NCBI GenBank assembly: GCA_964426725.1
Contig: CAYRRV010000004.1
Coordinates: 81,391 to 145,390 of the forward strand
Direction: 5' to 3'
Length of the DNA stretch: 64,000 nucleotides
Source of the DNA: an uncultured Bacteroidales bacterium
Lineage (GTDB): Bacteria; Bacteroidota; Bacteroidia; Bacteroidales; CAYRRV01
Shown here piece after piece: positions 19,523-27,983 of the stretch; the stretch's first letter is position 1, and each line of letters begins with the position of its first letter. The position numbers and the translations under genes are program-made. The notes under the pieces are model-generated. The model was not told the origin of the DNA. It worked only from the letters and a program-made list of their open reading frames with translations, and did no database searches.

Positions 19523-22500
19523 TTAATTAATGATTAACTTACGTGTCGCCGTTTTTGTACCTGAGACTATTCTCACCAGGTACATTCCTGGCATCAGGCT
19601 GCTAAGATCAAAATTAAATATCGTTTCAAAACTTCCGGCCATTTCTGTTTTACTTGCAACAATTTTCCCATTGGTAGCAAGAATATTAATTTCAACCATT
19701 TCAGCATCAAGGTTGGAAAGGTAAACATTTAACTGCCCTCTTGTTGGATTCGGATATACATCTATTACCATTGAAGACATTTCTTTATTCCCGATGTTTG
19801 CAACCACCCTGTTAGAATGTTGCATTGCCTGCCCGATATTATCGAATCCGGCATCATAATTTTGATTTACCTGTTCCGTATTCAGAGCTTTATGGTACAC
19901 GGCAGCAAGGTATATTTTTCCAAGCCATGCTTTATTTCCTGTTATTTCATTTCCTATAGCCACCGAATAAATCTGGTGCCAGTTATCAAAATTTCCGGAT
20001 TTGGTTCCCTGGGTTATAATTTCACCATTCACGTACAGTGTTTCTTCCCCTGTTACTTTTTTCGTGTACACCACATGCTGAAGACTGGTTTCATAATATT
20101 GCTCAGAACTTTCTAAACATGGGATTCCAGCACTATTTGTAGACGTAGTAGTTAGCCTGGCAGAATAACTATAGCAAGGTTCCTGATTGGGTCCGGGAAC
20201 CTGTAAAATAGAGCCTGCACGCATGTTGTCGCTATAAGATACGGTAAATACCCTGGCTGGACCATCCTGAATGAGACCATTTGGCAATATCCAGGTTTCA
20301 ATTGTAATTTCATTTGTTGATTTACAAGCATCGTATATTTTATCAGCTAAATCATTTGACTGTATAATTGTAGGTGATGTCAATTCTACACCTTGCTCAA
20401 GTATCCAGGATACCTTGCTTTCATCCTTGATTTTCAGATCAAGAGGCTCTCCAAAACCTGATTTGTCATGTACGATATTTCCACTTCCCTCTTTAAAATC
20501 GTAAAGAACAACCAACCCGTCATTTACCCGGTTTGTAGCCGCGGGTTTTTCAGCTTTAACCACAGCAATATTGCTATATGTTTTACCATACTCGTTCGTT
20601 GCTGCAACTTTATAATAATAGGTTATTCCTTCCTCCACCGGGGAATTTACATAAGATGTTTTATTTGCTTCAACCGTGGCAATCCCGGAAAAGTCATTTT
20701 CATCCTCTGCTTTTCTTTCAATAATAAAAGATACCTCATCAACTGATTTATCTTCCCATGTAACTTCAATCTCTGTATCTGAAATCATCCGTGCATCTAT
20801 TTTGGAAGGAGCTACTGGAGGTGCTTCCGGGTGATCTGTCAGGTTCACCCTGATAATTGCGGTATCGGATGTCGTGCCGGATTTGCTGCTGGTGGCAATA
20901 ACTTCGAGTTCAAAATATGGATTTGTTTCATAATCCAGAATTGAATTGTCTATTACTGTTAATTTGCCGGATACCCCATCAAGATTGAAGGTGTTGTTTC
21001 TATTACCGCCAATGATATGAAAATTTATATTGTCTTCACTTCCTTTAACAGTACCGACATAGGTTCCTTCTTCGCTATTCTCCATTAAACTAAATTCCTG
21101 ATTATCTATCAGGTTAACAGTTGTTTCATCACCAGTAATTCCTGCATTATAATTAGTAGCTACCTCGTTTACAGTTAAGGCTTTACTGTAAACAGCAACC
21201 AGGTGGTATGTACCATTGAAAGGATGATTCATTGAAACCTCACTTCCCAGTGCAAGAATGTAAATAGCATGCCATCCTGAAAAATCACCTGATTTAACCC
21301 CTGAAGCAATCAGTTTGTTATTCAGGTATATTTTTTCACTACCTGCATTATCACGGGTGTATACGACATGCTGCGGGGCATTACTTCCAGGCGAGGCTGA
21401 ACCTTCTAGATAGGGTTGCCCGTTATTTTCCGTTTCCGTTGTATTTAATAAGGCCGTGGCCTTGTCCTGATACAGGTCAAGAGAAGCAGCTCTCATGTAA
21501 TCGCTGTAAGCAAGAGTAATAATACGACTGGGATCTGAAAACCCATCATTGCCCGGTGTTATCCATGCTTCCATGGTAATTTCATTAGTAGACTGACATC
21601 CATTGTTTATTTTCATGGCTGACTCATCTGATTTGATGATGGTATTTTCAACAATGCTTAGACCATCTCCACTCCATGATACTTTTTCGGGCTCTGTAAT
21701 AGTAAGGTTAAGAGGTGTGCCATTTCCTGAAACATCATTGACTACAGATCCGGCTCCCTCGTTGAATCGGTATAACGTTAATATGCCTTCTGTTACCCTC
21801 GGGCCCTCTTTAGATACCTGCTCTTCTAAAGTTTTGCTCTCAACAATATTACTAAATGCCGATGACCCGGCCTGATTAATTGCTTTAACCCTGTATTGAT
21901 AAGTAGTTGAAGGATCAAGATTGTTATCCGTGTAAGATGTTGTATTTGAAGAAAGCGTTTCAACAGCATTGTAATTGGTAGCTGATTTCAATTTCTTTTC
22001 AACTATAAAACTTTCTTCATTCGAAGCATTATCAGTCCAAGATAAAGAAACAGAATTAGAGGTAACAACTGATGTTTTTAAATTTGAAGGAGCAGCGGGT
22101 GCAGTTACCTCGTTTTCATCCACATCTGTAAGGTTAACAGTTATCGTGGCGTTGTCACTTAATGTAGATGTTCCATTGTCAGTGACAGTTACAGTAAATG
22201 AAAAAGATTTATTAGTTTCGTAATCAAGCTGGTTTTCATCCGCCACTCTTAACTTCCCGCCGGTTGATTCAACAGAAAACGCACTGGTTCCTGAAAGACT
22301 GTATGAAAGAGTTTGCCCTGCATCCGGATCACTGGCGGAAATGGTTCCTACCAGCGTGCCATTCGCGGAGTTTTCCGGTACAGTAAAAGTCTGATTATTT
22401 ACGACCGGGGCCTGATTTTCATCCTTTGGAGGTGGAGCAACCTCTCCATCGAATTCACAAACACCCATATCAGGCTTGGAACCCTGTGGCACAACACTAT

Positions 22501-23758
22501 TTTCAATATCACTTGTTAAGTTCAGGTTTGTTCCTGCATCTATACACGATGAAGAAGATGATAAATGATAAGTTCCCGATTGAAATTCAGGATTGCCAAC
22601 GAATGAATTTTCACCAATATTTAACCCGTTTGCAGAAGGATAAAAGCAATTGTAATCTTCAGAATACTTTCCCCTGATCACGGTATTAGCCGTATTATGG
22701 AAAATATTATTTTTTATATCTCCATGATCCTGATTGGCAAGTATGCCATTTTCACAATTATCAAAAACATTCTGGTAAATCTGCATCGTTGTACCGGTCG
22801 GGTATGCCGATACAATAGCATAATCCATTTCCTGGAATGTATTATAATAAACTTTCAGATTAGAAGCAGCCGTGTAAATACCATTTATCGAATTGATAAA
22901 GTGATTATAACGGAAAGTTAAATCATTCCCTTTTGTTAGATAAACCGAACCCCCTCCCGGGCTAAGTTTTGGTCCTTTAAGAGTGTTGTATTCAAAAATG
23001 CATGGTTCCGTGTTGTCTGTTATCAGTATAAAACAAAACTTATTCCCTGTTGAGGAATGATCGAGAATATTATTATGAATATGGAATTTTCCTGTTTGAC
23101 CAAGCTGAATACAATCTCCCCCTGAAACCGTTTGATCTTGACTAATGAACCATTTTTGATTGATATCATGAACATGACAGTAACCAATTTCCAGTTCGTC
23201 AATCTCGGCAATAAACATACCATCATCCCCTGTATTATATACTTCCGTGTGCATAATGGTTAATTTACCAGTATGATAATAAGCCCTTATACCCCATTGT
23301 GCTCCATGAATTTTCATGTTGAGCAGGGTGATGTTGGATGAATTAAAAATATGGATACAACTTGTCGCGTTATTGGTAGATTCAATTTCAATACCGTCAA
23401 TTGTAACATCCTTAAGCCCACCAAGATCAAGTATTTTAGTGCCATCTCCTCCTGTACTTCTAAAAACAGGATGGGCCCCGGTTCCATAAGCACCAATCTT
23501 TACATTACTTGCCGGACGCAACCTTCCTGATGTCAGAAAAACCGTGCCGGCCTTTTGGAGATATGTAGAACCCTGAGTCCATGTTACATCATCCCACGAA
23601 TCAAAAGGATGAAGTTCTGAACCGTTTTCACTTGGGTCATTCACGTTGGTTGGATCAATATAAATAGTTTGTGCAGAAAGATTAAACCACATGAAGGCCA
23701 AAAAAAATAATCCAAAAAATCTACCAGTGAATCTCCTAACCTGTTTTATTGTCTTCAT
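19523..23758 (-). CDS. Giant secreted T9SS cargo (1411 aa): beta-helix domain, then [cadherin-like, FN3, LamG/ConA-like] x2, then the Por C-terminal sorting domain
   Basis: Signal peptide ending ...NLSAQ. Beta-helix spans aa 31-440. Cadherin-like segments (ENSANGTLVGTISASDPD...LDYETN...VTVTD and ENSEEGTYVGTV...LDYETN...). FN3 segments (SLSWTDNASNEESFIVEKK...YQYRVKA and EVTWEDKSVDEVSFIIERK...YYYKVAA). LamG segments (STNEITMEAWI and STNEITIETWI). CTD VIDVYPNPTRGQLNV...GMYLVRI. Confidence 0.85.
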   Translation of the reverse strand: MKTIKQVRRFTGRFFGLFFLAFMWFNLSAQTIYIDPTNVNDPSENGSELHPFDSWDDVTWTQGSTYLQKAGTVFLTSGRLRPASNVKIGAYGTGAHPVFRSTGGDGTKILDLGGLKDVTIDGIEIESTNNATSCIHIFNSSNITLLNMKIHGAQWGIRAYYHTGKLTIMHTEVYNTGDDGMFIAEIDELEIGYCHVHDINQKWFISQDQTVSGGDCIQLGQTGKFHIHNNILDHSSTGNKFCFILITDNTEPCIFEYNTLKGPKLSPGGGSVYLTKGNDLTFRYNHFINSINGIYTAASNLKVYYNTFQEMDYAIVSAYPTGTTMQIYQNVFDNCENGILANQDHGDIKNNIFHNTANTVIRGKYSEDYNCFYPSANGLNIGENSFVGNPEFQSGTYHLSSSSSCIDAGTNLNLTSDIENSVVPQGSKPDMGVCEFDGEVAPPPKDENQAPVVNNQTFTVPENSANGTLVGTISASDPDAGQTLSYSLSGTSAFSVESTGGKLRVADENQLDYETNKSFSFTVTVTDNGTSTLSDNATITVNLTDVDENEVTAPAAPSNLKTSVVTSNSVSLSWTDNASNEESFIVEKKLKSATNYNAVETLSSNTTSYTDNNLDPSTTYQYRVKAINQAGSSAFSNIVESKTLEEQVSKEGPRVTEGILTLYRFNEGAGSVVNDVSGNGTPLNLTITEPEKVSWSGDGLSIVENTIIKSDESAMKINNGCQSTNEITMEAWITPGNDGFSDPSRIITLAYSDYMRAASLDLYQDKATALLNTTETENNGQPYLEGSASPGSNAPQHVVYTRDNAGSEKIYLNNKLIASGVKSGDFSGWHAIYILALGSEVSMNHPFNGTYHLVAVYSKALTVNEVATNYNAGITGDETTVNLIDNQEFSLMENSEEGTYVGTVKGSEDNINFHIIGGNRNNTFNLDGVSGKLTVIDNSILDYETNPYFELEVIATSSKSGTTSDTAIIRVNLTDHPEAPPVAPSKIDARMISDTEIEVTWEDKSVDEVSFIIERKAEDENDFSGIATVEANKTSYVNSPVEEGITYYYKVAATNEYGKTYSNIAVVKAEKPAATNRVNDGLVVLYDFKEGSGNIVHDKSGFGEPLDLKIKDESKVSWILEQGVELTSPTIIQSNDLADKIYDACKSTNEITIETWILPNGLIQDGPARVFTVSYSDNMRAGSILQVPGPNQEPCYSYSARLTTTSTNSAGIPCLESSEQYYETSLQHVVYTKKVTGEETLYVNGEIITQGTKSGNFDNWHQIYSVAIGNEITGNKAWLGKIYLAAVYHKALNTEQVNQNYDAGFDNIGQAMQHSNRVVANIGNKEMSSMVIDVYPNPTRGQLNVYLSNLDAEMVEINILATNGKIVASKTEMAGSFETIFNFDLSSLMPGMYLVRIVSGTKTATRKLIIN
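19844..21121 (-). repeat. Module copy 2 (aa ~880-1305) of the intragenic cadherin-FN3-LamG duplication
   Basis: See copy 1. Shared landmarks are LDYETN, VNLTD, SF(I/V)(V/I)E(K/R)K, LY.F.EG.G..V.D.SG.G.PL.L and KSTNEIT.E.WI. Confidence 0.7.
21134..22417 (-). repeat. Module copy 1 (aa ~448-875) of the intragenic cadherin-FN3-LamG duplication
   Basis: It aligns domain for domain with aa ~880-1305. Both copies end in ..NY(N/D)AG. The copies are diverged at protein level. Confidence 0.7.
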
Positions 23759-24261
23759 TTTCTTAGCATTTAAAATTAAAAATTTCTTAATTTGACGAAA
23801 TCAAAAAAAACACCTGTGAATAACATGATATTTTTGATGAATATACGAATTAATAAACACCCGGTTACAGCGATTATTACTATAAACCCTCTATATGTTA
23901 ATAAGTTAGATTACTTATTCTTGTCAGAAAAACGATGCGTGTTAGATGATTCACCAAAAGAGATAAAATGTTAATCTCTACTTAGAAAGAATAAAAATTA
24001 GCATTTTGGTAACTTTTTTTGATAGTATATATGATAATCACTCCTTTTTCAAGATTTTTCTCCTGTTATTTCCGTTTTCGTTCAAATTTTATTAAAAATC
24101 CATCAATGATAAATACTATCCAGATTATTTCAACATGTTAGGTATCAATAATGGTTAAATAAAGCATTTCAGGATGAACAATTTCCATTTTTCTTTGTCC
24201 TAAAAAGAGTTAACATGATTAGCCGGATTAGGAATTAATTAACATTAATATTTGGGAATTT

Positions 24262-25044
24262 ATGAATGTGAAATGGTTATTGGAAAAATCCTCAAAATAC
24301 TTGTATTACCTGTTGTTTGTTTCGGTTTTGTTTTCTTGCGTTCCGCAAAAAAAGCTCAAATACGCGCGAAAAACAAAATACAGCAAGGATATATATGAGA
24401 ATGTAAGAACCCAGAAGCCCATCAGGCCATTTGACGAATTGTATATAAAAATATTAAGCATTGATGAAAAAACAGCACAAATCTTTTATAATCCTAATGA
24501 TTTAAGATTAACAAATAACATGAATCTGATAAGTTACCTGGTTAACGAAAATGGAGATATTAATTTTCCATTTATAGGAAATATTAACCTCAAAGGACTT
24601 TCATTAGATGAAGCAGGAGAAAAACTACAGACCTCGCTTGATGAATACCTCCCGGACACGGAAGTTATTGTAAAGTTTGTTAATAATCATATTACAGTTT
24701 TAGGAGAGGTGGAAAGACAGGGAGAATTCATTTTTACGAATGACAAGATAACTGTTTTCCAGGCTCTTGGTTTGGCCGGGGGCATTTCACGGTATGGTAA
24801 AAGAGAAGAAGTTATTTTAATAAGGGAGATTGAGGATAAAATAAATTATTTCACGCTTGATCTTACTGAAAGGGAAATCGTGCAATCACCATACTACTAT
24901 CTTCTGCCTGATGATGTATTAATCGTGGAACCCCTGAGAGCAAAATCGTGGAGTTACCAAAATGTAACTTACACCACCATGCTTACATCAATTACAACAT
25001 TTATAGCTATCCTTTTAACCATAAGACAGTTTTACAGTGTCTAG
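24262..25044 (+). CDS. wza: Wza-like polysaccharide export outer-membrane lipoprotein (Poly_export + SLBB)
   Basis: Lipobox LFSC. GDINFPFIGNINLKGLSLDEAGEKLQ matches the Poly_export motif and ITVLGEVERQGEF the SLBB domain. It sits immediately upstream of wzc. Confidence 0.85.
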   Translation: MNVKWLLEKSSKYLYYLLFVSVLFSCVPQKKLKYARKTKYSKDIYENVRTQKPIRPFDELYIKILSIDEKTAQIFYNPNDLRLTNNMNLISYLVNENGDINFPFIGNINLKGLSLDEAGEKLQTSLDEYLPDTEVIVKFVNNHITVLGEVERQGEFIFTNDKITVFQALGLAGGISRYGKREEVILIREIEDKINYFTLDLTEREIVQSPYYYLLPDDVLIVEPLRAKSWSYQNVTYTTMLTSITTFIAILLTIRQFYSV

Positions 25045-25065
25045 AATAAACTCTTTTGAAAAGCT

Positions 25066-27534
25066 ATGAAAAACGAAGAAGTATTACCAGGCCGTATAGA
25101 TGTTAAAGAAATTCTTAACAGGTTCCTCGAGTACAAATGGTACTATATTGCCATTATTACATTATTTCTTGCCGGAGCCTATTTAAAAAATAAATACGCT
25201 CCCGTTATCTATGAGAATACAGCAACCATTCTAATAAACACGGATAATAAGAATGGATTTATGAACAAGGATGATCTTTTTTCCAATTTCGGTCTTTTTG
25301 GAGCTGACAAGAATATCGAAAATGAAATTGGCATTTTAAAATCTTTCACACTAATTAAGAATACTATTTCTTCACTGAATTTCGAGGTCGGCTATTTTTT
25401 CGAGGAGAATATTATTAATGTGGCTCCCCTGCAGGATTTCGATTTTAATATAATTAATACAAGTCTTTATAAAGAAGCTCCAGTGAAAGTCAACCTGGAT
25501 CGGTCACATAATCAACCCATTGATGTTTTGTTTTACGTGGATATACTAAGTGATACGACTTTCCGTATTCAGGCACGAGGTACTGATGTGAGCCTGTATA
25601 ATTATATTGACAATAACGTGGTCCGTAAAATAAGAAATTTTTCAATCGATAAAGTATACAAATTCGGGGAAACCATCGTGGATAAGAATTATAGTTTCAC
25701 TGTCACCAAAAACCCGGAAGGGTATTCCGATATACCCGTTGGAAAATTGTTTTATTTTCAGCTTTATCATCTTGATTACCTGACATTACAATACCGAAAT
25801 AATCTCACGATAAACAAGGCAAACGAAAATGCATCGTTAATTAACATAAGCATAAACGGGTACAACCAGAGAAAAATCACTGAATTCATAAATGTTTTTA
25901 TTGATAAGTACCTGGAGACCAACCTTGTCAAGAAGAACAAGGTTGCCCTGAGTACAGTAAGTTTTATTGATAACCAGATCTCGGAAGTGGCTGATTCATT
26001 AAGTGCAGCCGAATATACGCTGGAAAGTTTTCGCTCAAGAAACAAGGTGATGGACCTGGGTTACCAGGGGCAAAAACTATACGAACGATTAGGTGAATTT
26101 GAACGGGAAAAGGCCAATTTAAATACCCAACAAAGATATTATCAATGGGTAATAGATTATTTTGATAATAATAAAGAAGGATACGCCGATATTGTTCCCC
26201 CTTCATCCATGAACGTGGTCGATCCACTGCTTACCAAACTGATAGAAGAATTCGTAACTCTCAATTCAGAACGCAAAAACCTCGTGAATAATAGACAAAC
26301 AAAAAGTCTTCATTTAAGCAGTCTTGAAAACAAAATATCGAACCTGCGACAAACCATCCTGGAGAATGTCCGGAATAACCTGAATACCGTGAACATGTCT
26401 ATTAATGAAATCAATTACCAGGAAAATCAATTATCAGGTCAGATCTCGAATCTTCCTAAAACAGAACTGAAATTGCTGGGTATTGAGAGAAATTTCGAGC
26501 TAAACAATACCATATATACTTATCTTCTCCAAAAAAGAGCAGAGGCTCAGATTGCAGCGGTTTCGAATACACCTGATTATGATGTGGTAGATGAAGCAAG
26601 GCTTATCATGTCAGGTCCTGTTGCTCCCAAGAGAAAACTGAACTATATTATAGCTCTTTTCCTTGGACTCGCCTTACCCTCGGGAGTAATTCTGCTCCGT
26701 GACTATCTTAATAATACGCTGGTAAGTGAGCAGGATATTGAACATTACACGCACCATCCGGTTATAGGAACCATTTATCGGAATAACAAGGGAGTACCCA
26801 ACGTGGTCGCGGCATATAATAAATCAGCCATAACCGAATCATTCCGCGCTGTCCGTACTAACCTCCAGATCATGTTTAAAGGCAAGATGAACCGGACTGT
26901 TATAGTGACCTCTTCAACAGGGGGTGAAGGAAAAACATTTACAGCGCTTAATCTAGCCTCGGCATTTGCCAGTTTCGGCTCAAGGGCCGTTCTTGTAGGA
27001 TTTGACCTCCGTAAACCCACCATGCACGAGAAAATTGGAGCCAATAATATAGTCGGTTTGAGTAATTACCTCAGCGAAAGAGCAGGATTCAATGATATTG
27101 TGCAGAAAACAAACATTGAAAATCTTGATTTCATCCCGGCAGGCCCCATACCTCCCAATCCATCTGAATTAATTGCTTCCGAAAGAGCTATTCTTCTCTT
27201 TACTGAACTTAAACGAAGGTATAGCTATATAGTAGTGGATTCGGCTCCATTGGGTGCCGTCTCCGATAGTTACCTGCTGATGAATCATGGTGACGCCACA
27301 ATATTCGTGGTACGCCAGAATTACACGCACAAAGACATTTTCAAGGACACCATGAAACAATTAAGACACAATAAACTCGATGAAAACGTGTACTTCGTGT
27401 TGAACGATGTTACCAAGCGCGGTGCCAAAGCATATGGTTATAACGCCAAGTACTATGATGAAGAGGAAGTCAACACCAAAACCAAAATCACCAGCTTTTT
27501 AAAAAAGGATGTAAAGAAAAAACACTCCGCCTGA
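25066..27534 (+). CDS. wzc: Wzc/GumC-type chain-length determinant fused to a BY-kinase (tyrosine autokinase)
   Basis: 822 aa with a Wzz-like N-terminus (2 TM and a long coiled-coil periplasmic region). Walker A VTSSTGGEGKT, Walker A' VLVGFDLRKP and Walker B YIVVDSAP. C-terminal Tyr cluster KAYGYNAKYYDEEE. Confidence 0.9.
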   Translation: MKNEEVLPGRIDVKEILNRFLEYKWYYIAIITLFLAGAYLKNKYAPVIYENTATILINTDNKNGFMNKDDLFSNFGLFGADKNIENEIGILKSFTLIKNTISSLNFEVGYFFEENIINVAPLQDFDFNIINTSLYKEAPVKVNLDRSHNQPIDVLFYVDILSDTTFRIQARGTDVSLYNYIDNNVVRKIRNFSIDKVYKFGETIVDKNYSFTVTKNPEGYSDIPVGKLFYFQLYHLDYLTLQYRNNLTINKANENASLINISINGYNQRKITEFINVFIDKYLETNLVKKNKVALSTVSFIDNQISEVADSLSAAEYTLESFRSRNKVMDLGYQGQKLYERLGEFEREKANLNTQQRYYQWVIDYFDNNKEGYADIVPPSSMNVVDPLLTKLIEEFVTLNSERKNLVNNRQTKSLHLSSLENKISNLRQTILENVRNNLNTVNMSINEINYQENQLSGQISNLPKTELKLLGIERNFELNNTIYTYLLQKRAEAQIAAVSNTPDYDVVDEARLIMSGPVAPKRKLNYIIALFLGLALPSGVILLRDYLNNTLVSEQDIEHYTHHPVIGTIYRNNKGVPNVVAAYNKSAITESFRAVRTNLQIMFKGKMNRTVIVTSSTGGEGKTFTALNLASAFASFGSRAVLVGFDLRKPTMHEKIGANNIVGLSNYLSERAGFNDIVQKTNIENLDFIPAGPIPPNPSELIASERAILLFTELKRRYSYIVVDSAPLGAVSDSYLLMNHGDATIFVVRQNYTHKDIFKDTMKQLRHNKLDENVYFVLNDVTKRGAKAYGYNAKYYDEEEVNTKTKITSFLKKDVKKKHSA

Positions 27535-27639
27535 TGATTCCTGCCTTTTCAGGTATCAGAATATATTTAACAGCAATGGTATCCGATTAAAAATCGAATT
27601 ATTTATTTTGCCATCATGCCGGGCAGGAATTACAAAAAT

Positions 27640-27739
27640 GATAGAGCGATAGGGCGATGAGGCGAGATTGCGTGCGGACGTGATTGGGTAATTGCGTAAT
27701 TATGTGATCGTATTTGGGCGTGATTGTGTTATTGCGTAC
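27640..27739. repeat. Octamer-phased degenerate tandem array A (12.5 units of 8 nt)
   Basis: GATAGAGC GATAGGGC GATGAGGC GAGATTGC GTGCGGAC GTGATTGG GTAATTGC GTAATTAT GTGATCGT ATTTGGGC GTGATTGT GTTATTGC GTAC parses with no indel. It shares its 5' end (ATGATAGAGCGATAGGG) with the array at 52831. Confidence 0.85.
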
Positions 27740-27920
27740 TTTTTTAAAAATAATCGATATTTCATAAGCTTTTAACGCGTTACCCGGTAGTATGGTATCC
27801 AGTTTGTCAAATCCTTCACTATTCATTAAAAATCCCATGAAATACATGATTTCATTGTTGCAGGATGCTGTTTCATGGTACATGAGATCGCGAACAGGTA
27901 TGGAAAAGACAATGTAACAT

Positions 27921-27955
27921 AAAAAACCCTCTCACGAAAGTGGAGGGCTTTTCAG
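27921..27955 (-). terminator. Rho-independent terminator downstream of the WbaP-like gene (possibly bidirectional)
   Basis: CCCTCTCAC GAAA GTGGAGGG hairpin (27927-27948). On the minus strand it is followed by TTTTTT and on the plus strand by CTTTTC. Confidence 0.7.
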
Positions 27956-27983
27956 CAAAAATAATCCCTTCAAGAACGAAAAT

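Noticed and set aside
23759-24261. Possible invertible (phase-variable) promoter between the divergent 1411-aa gene and wza, as in Bacteroides capsule loci
   Set aside because: No flanking inverted repeats were found. There is only a 9-bp direct repeat (TAACATGAT at about 23821 and about 24213), and no recombinase gene is nearby.
27614-27883. 89-aa minus-strand track ORF (…ITPKYDHIITQLPNHVRTQSRLIALSLYHFCNSCPA)
   Set aside because: Its C-terminal half is the translation of the 8-nt-periodic array A, and a period of 8 is incompatible with coding. The N-terminal half has no recognisable family and no obvious start context. It is treated as an artefact of a stop-poor repeat.
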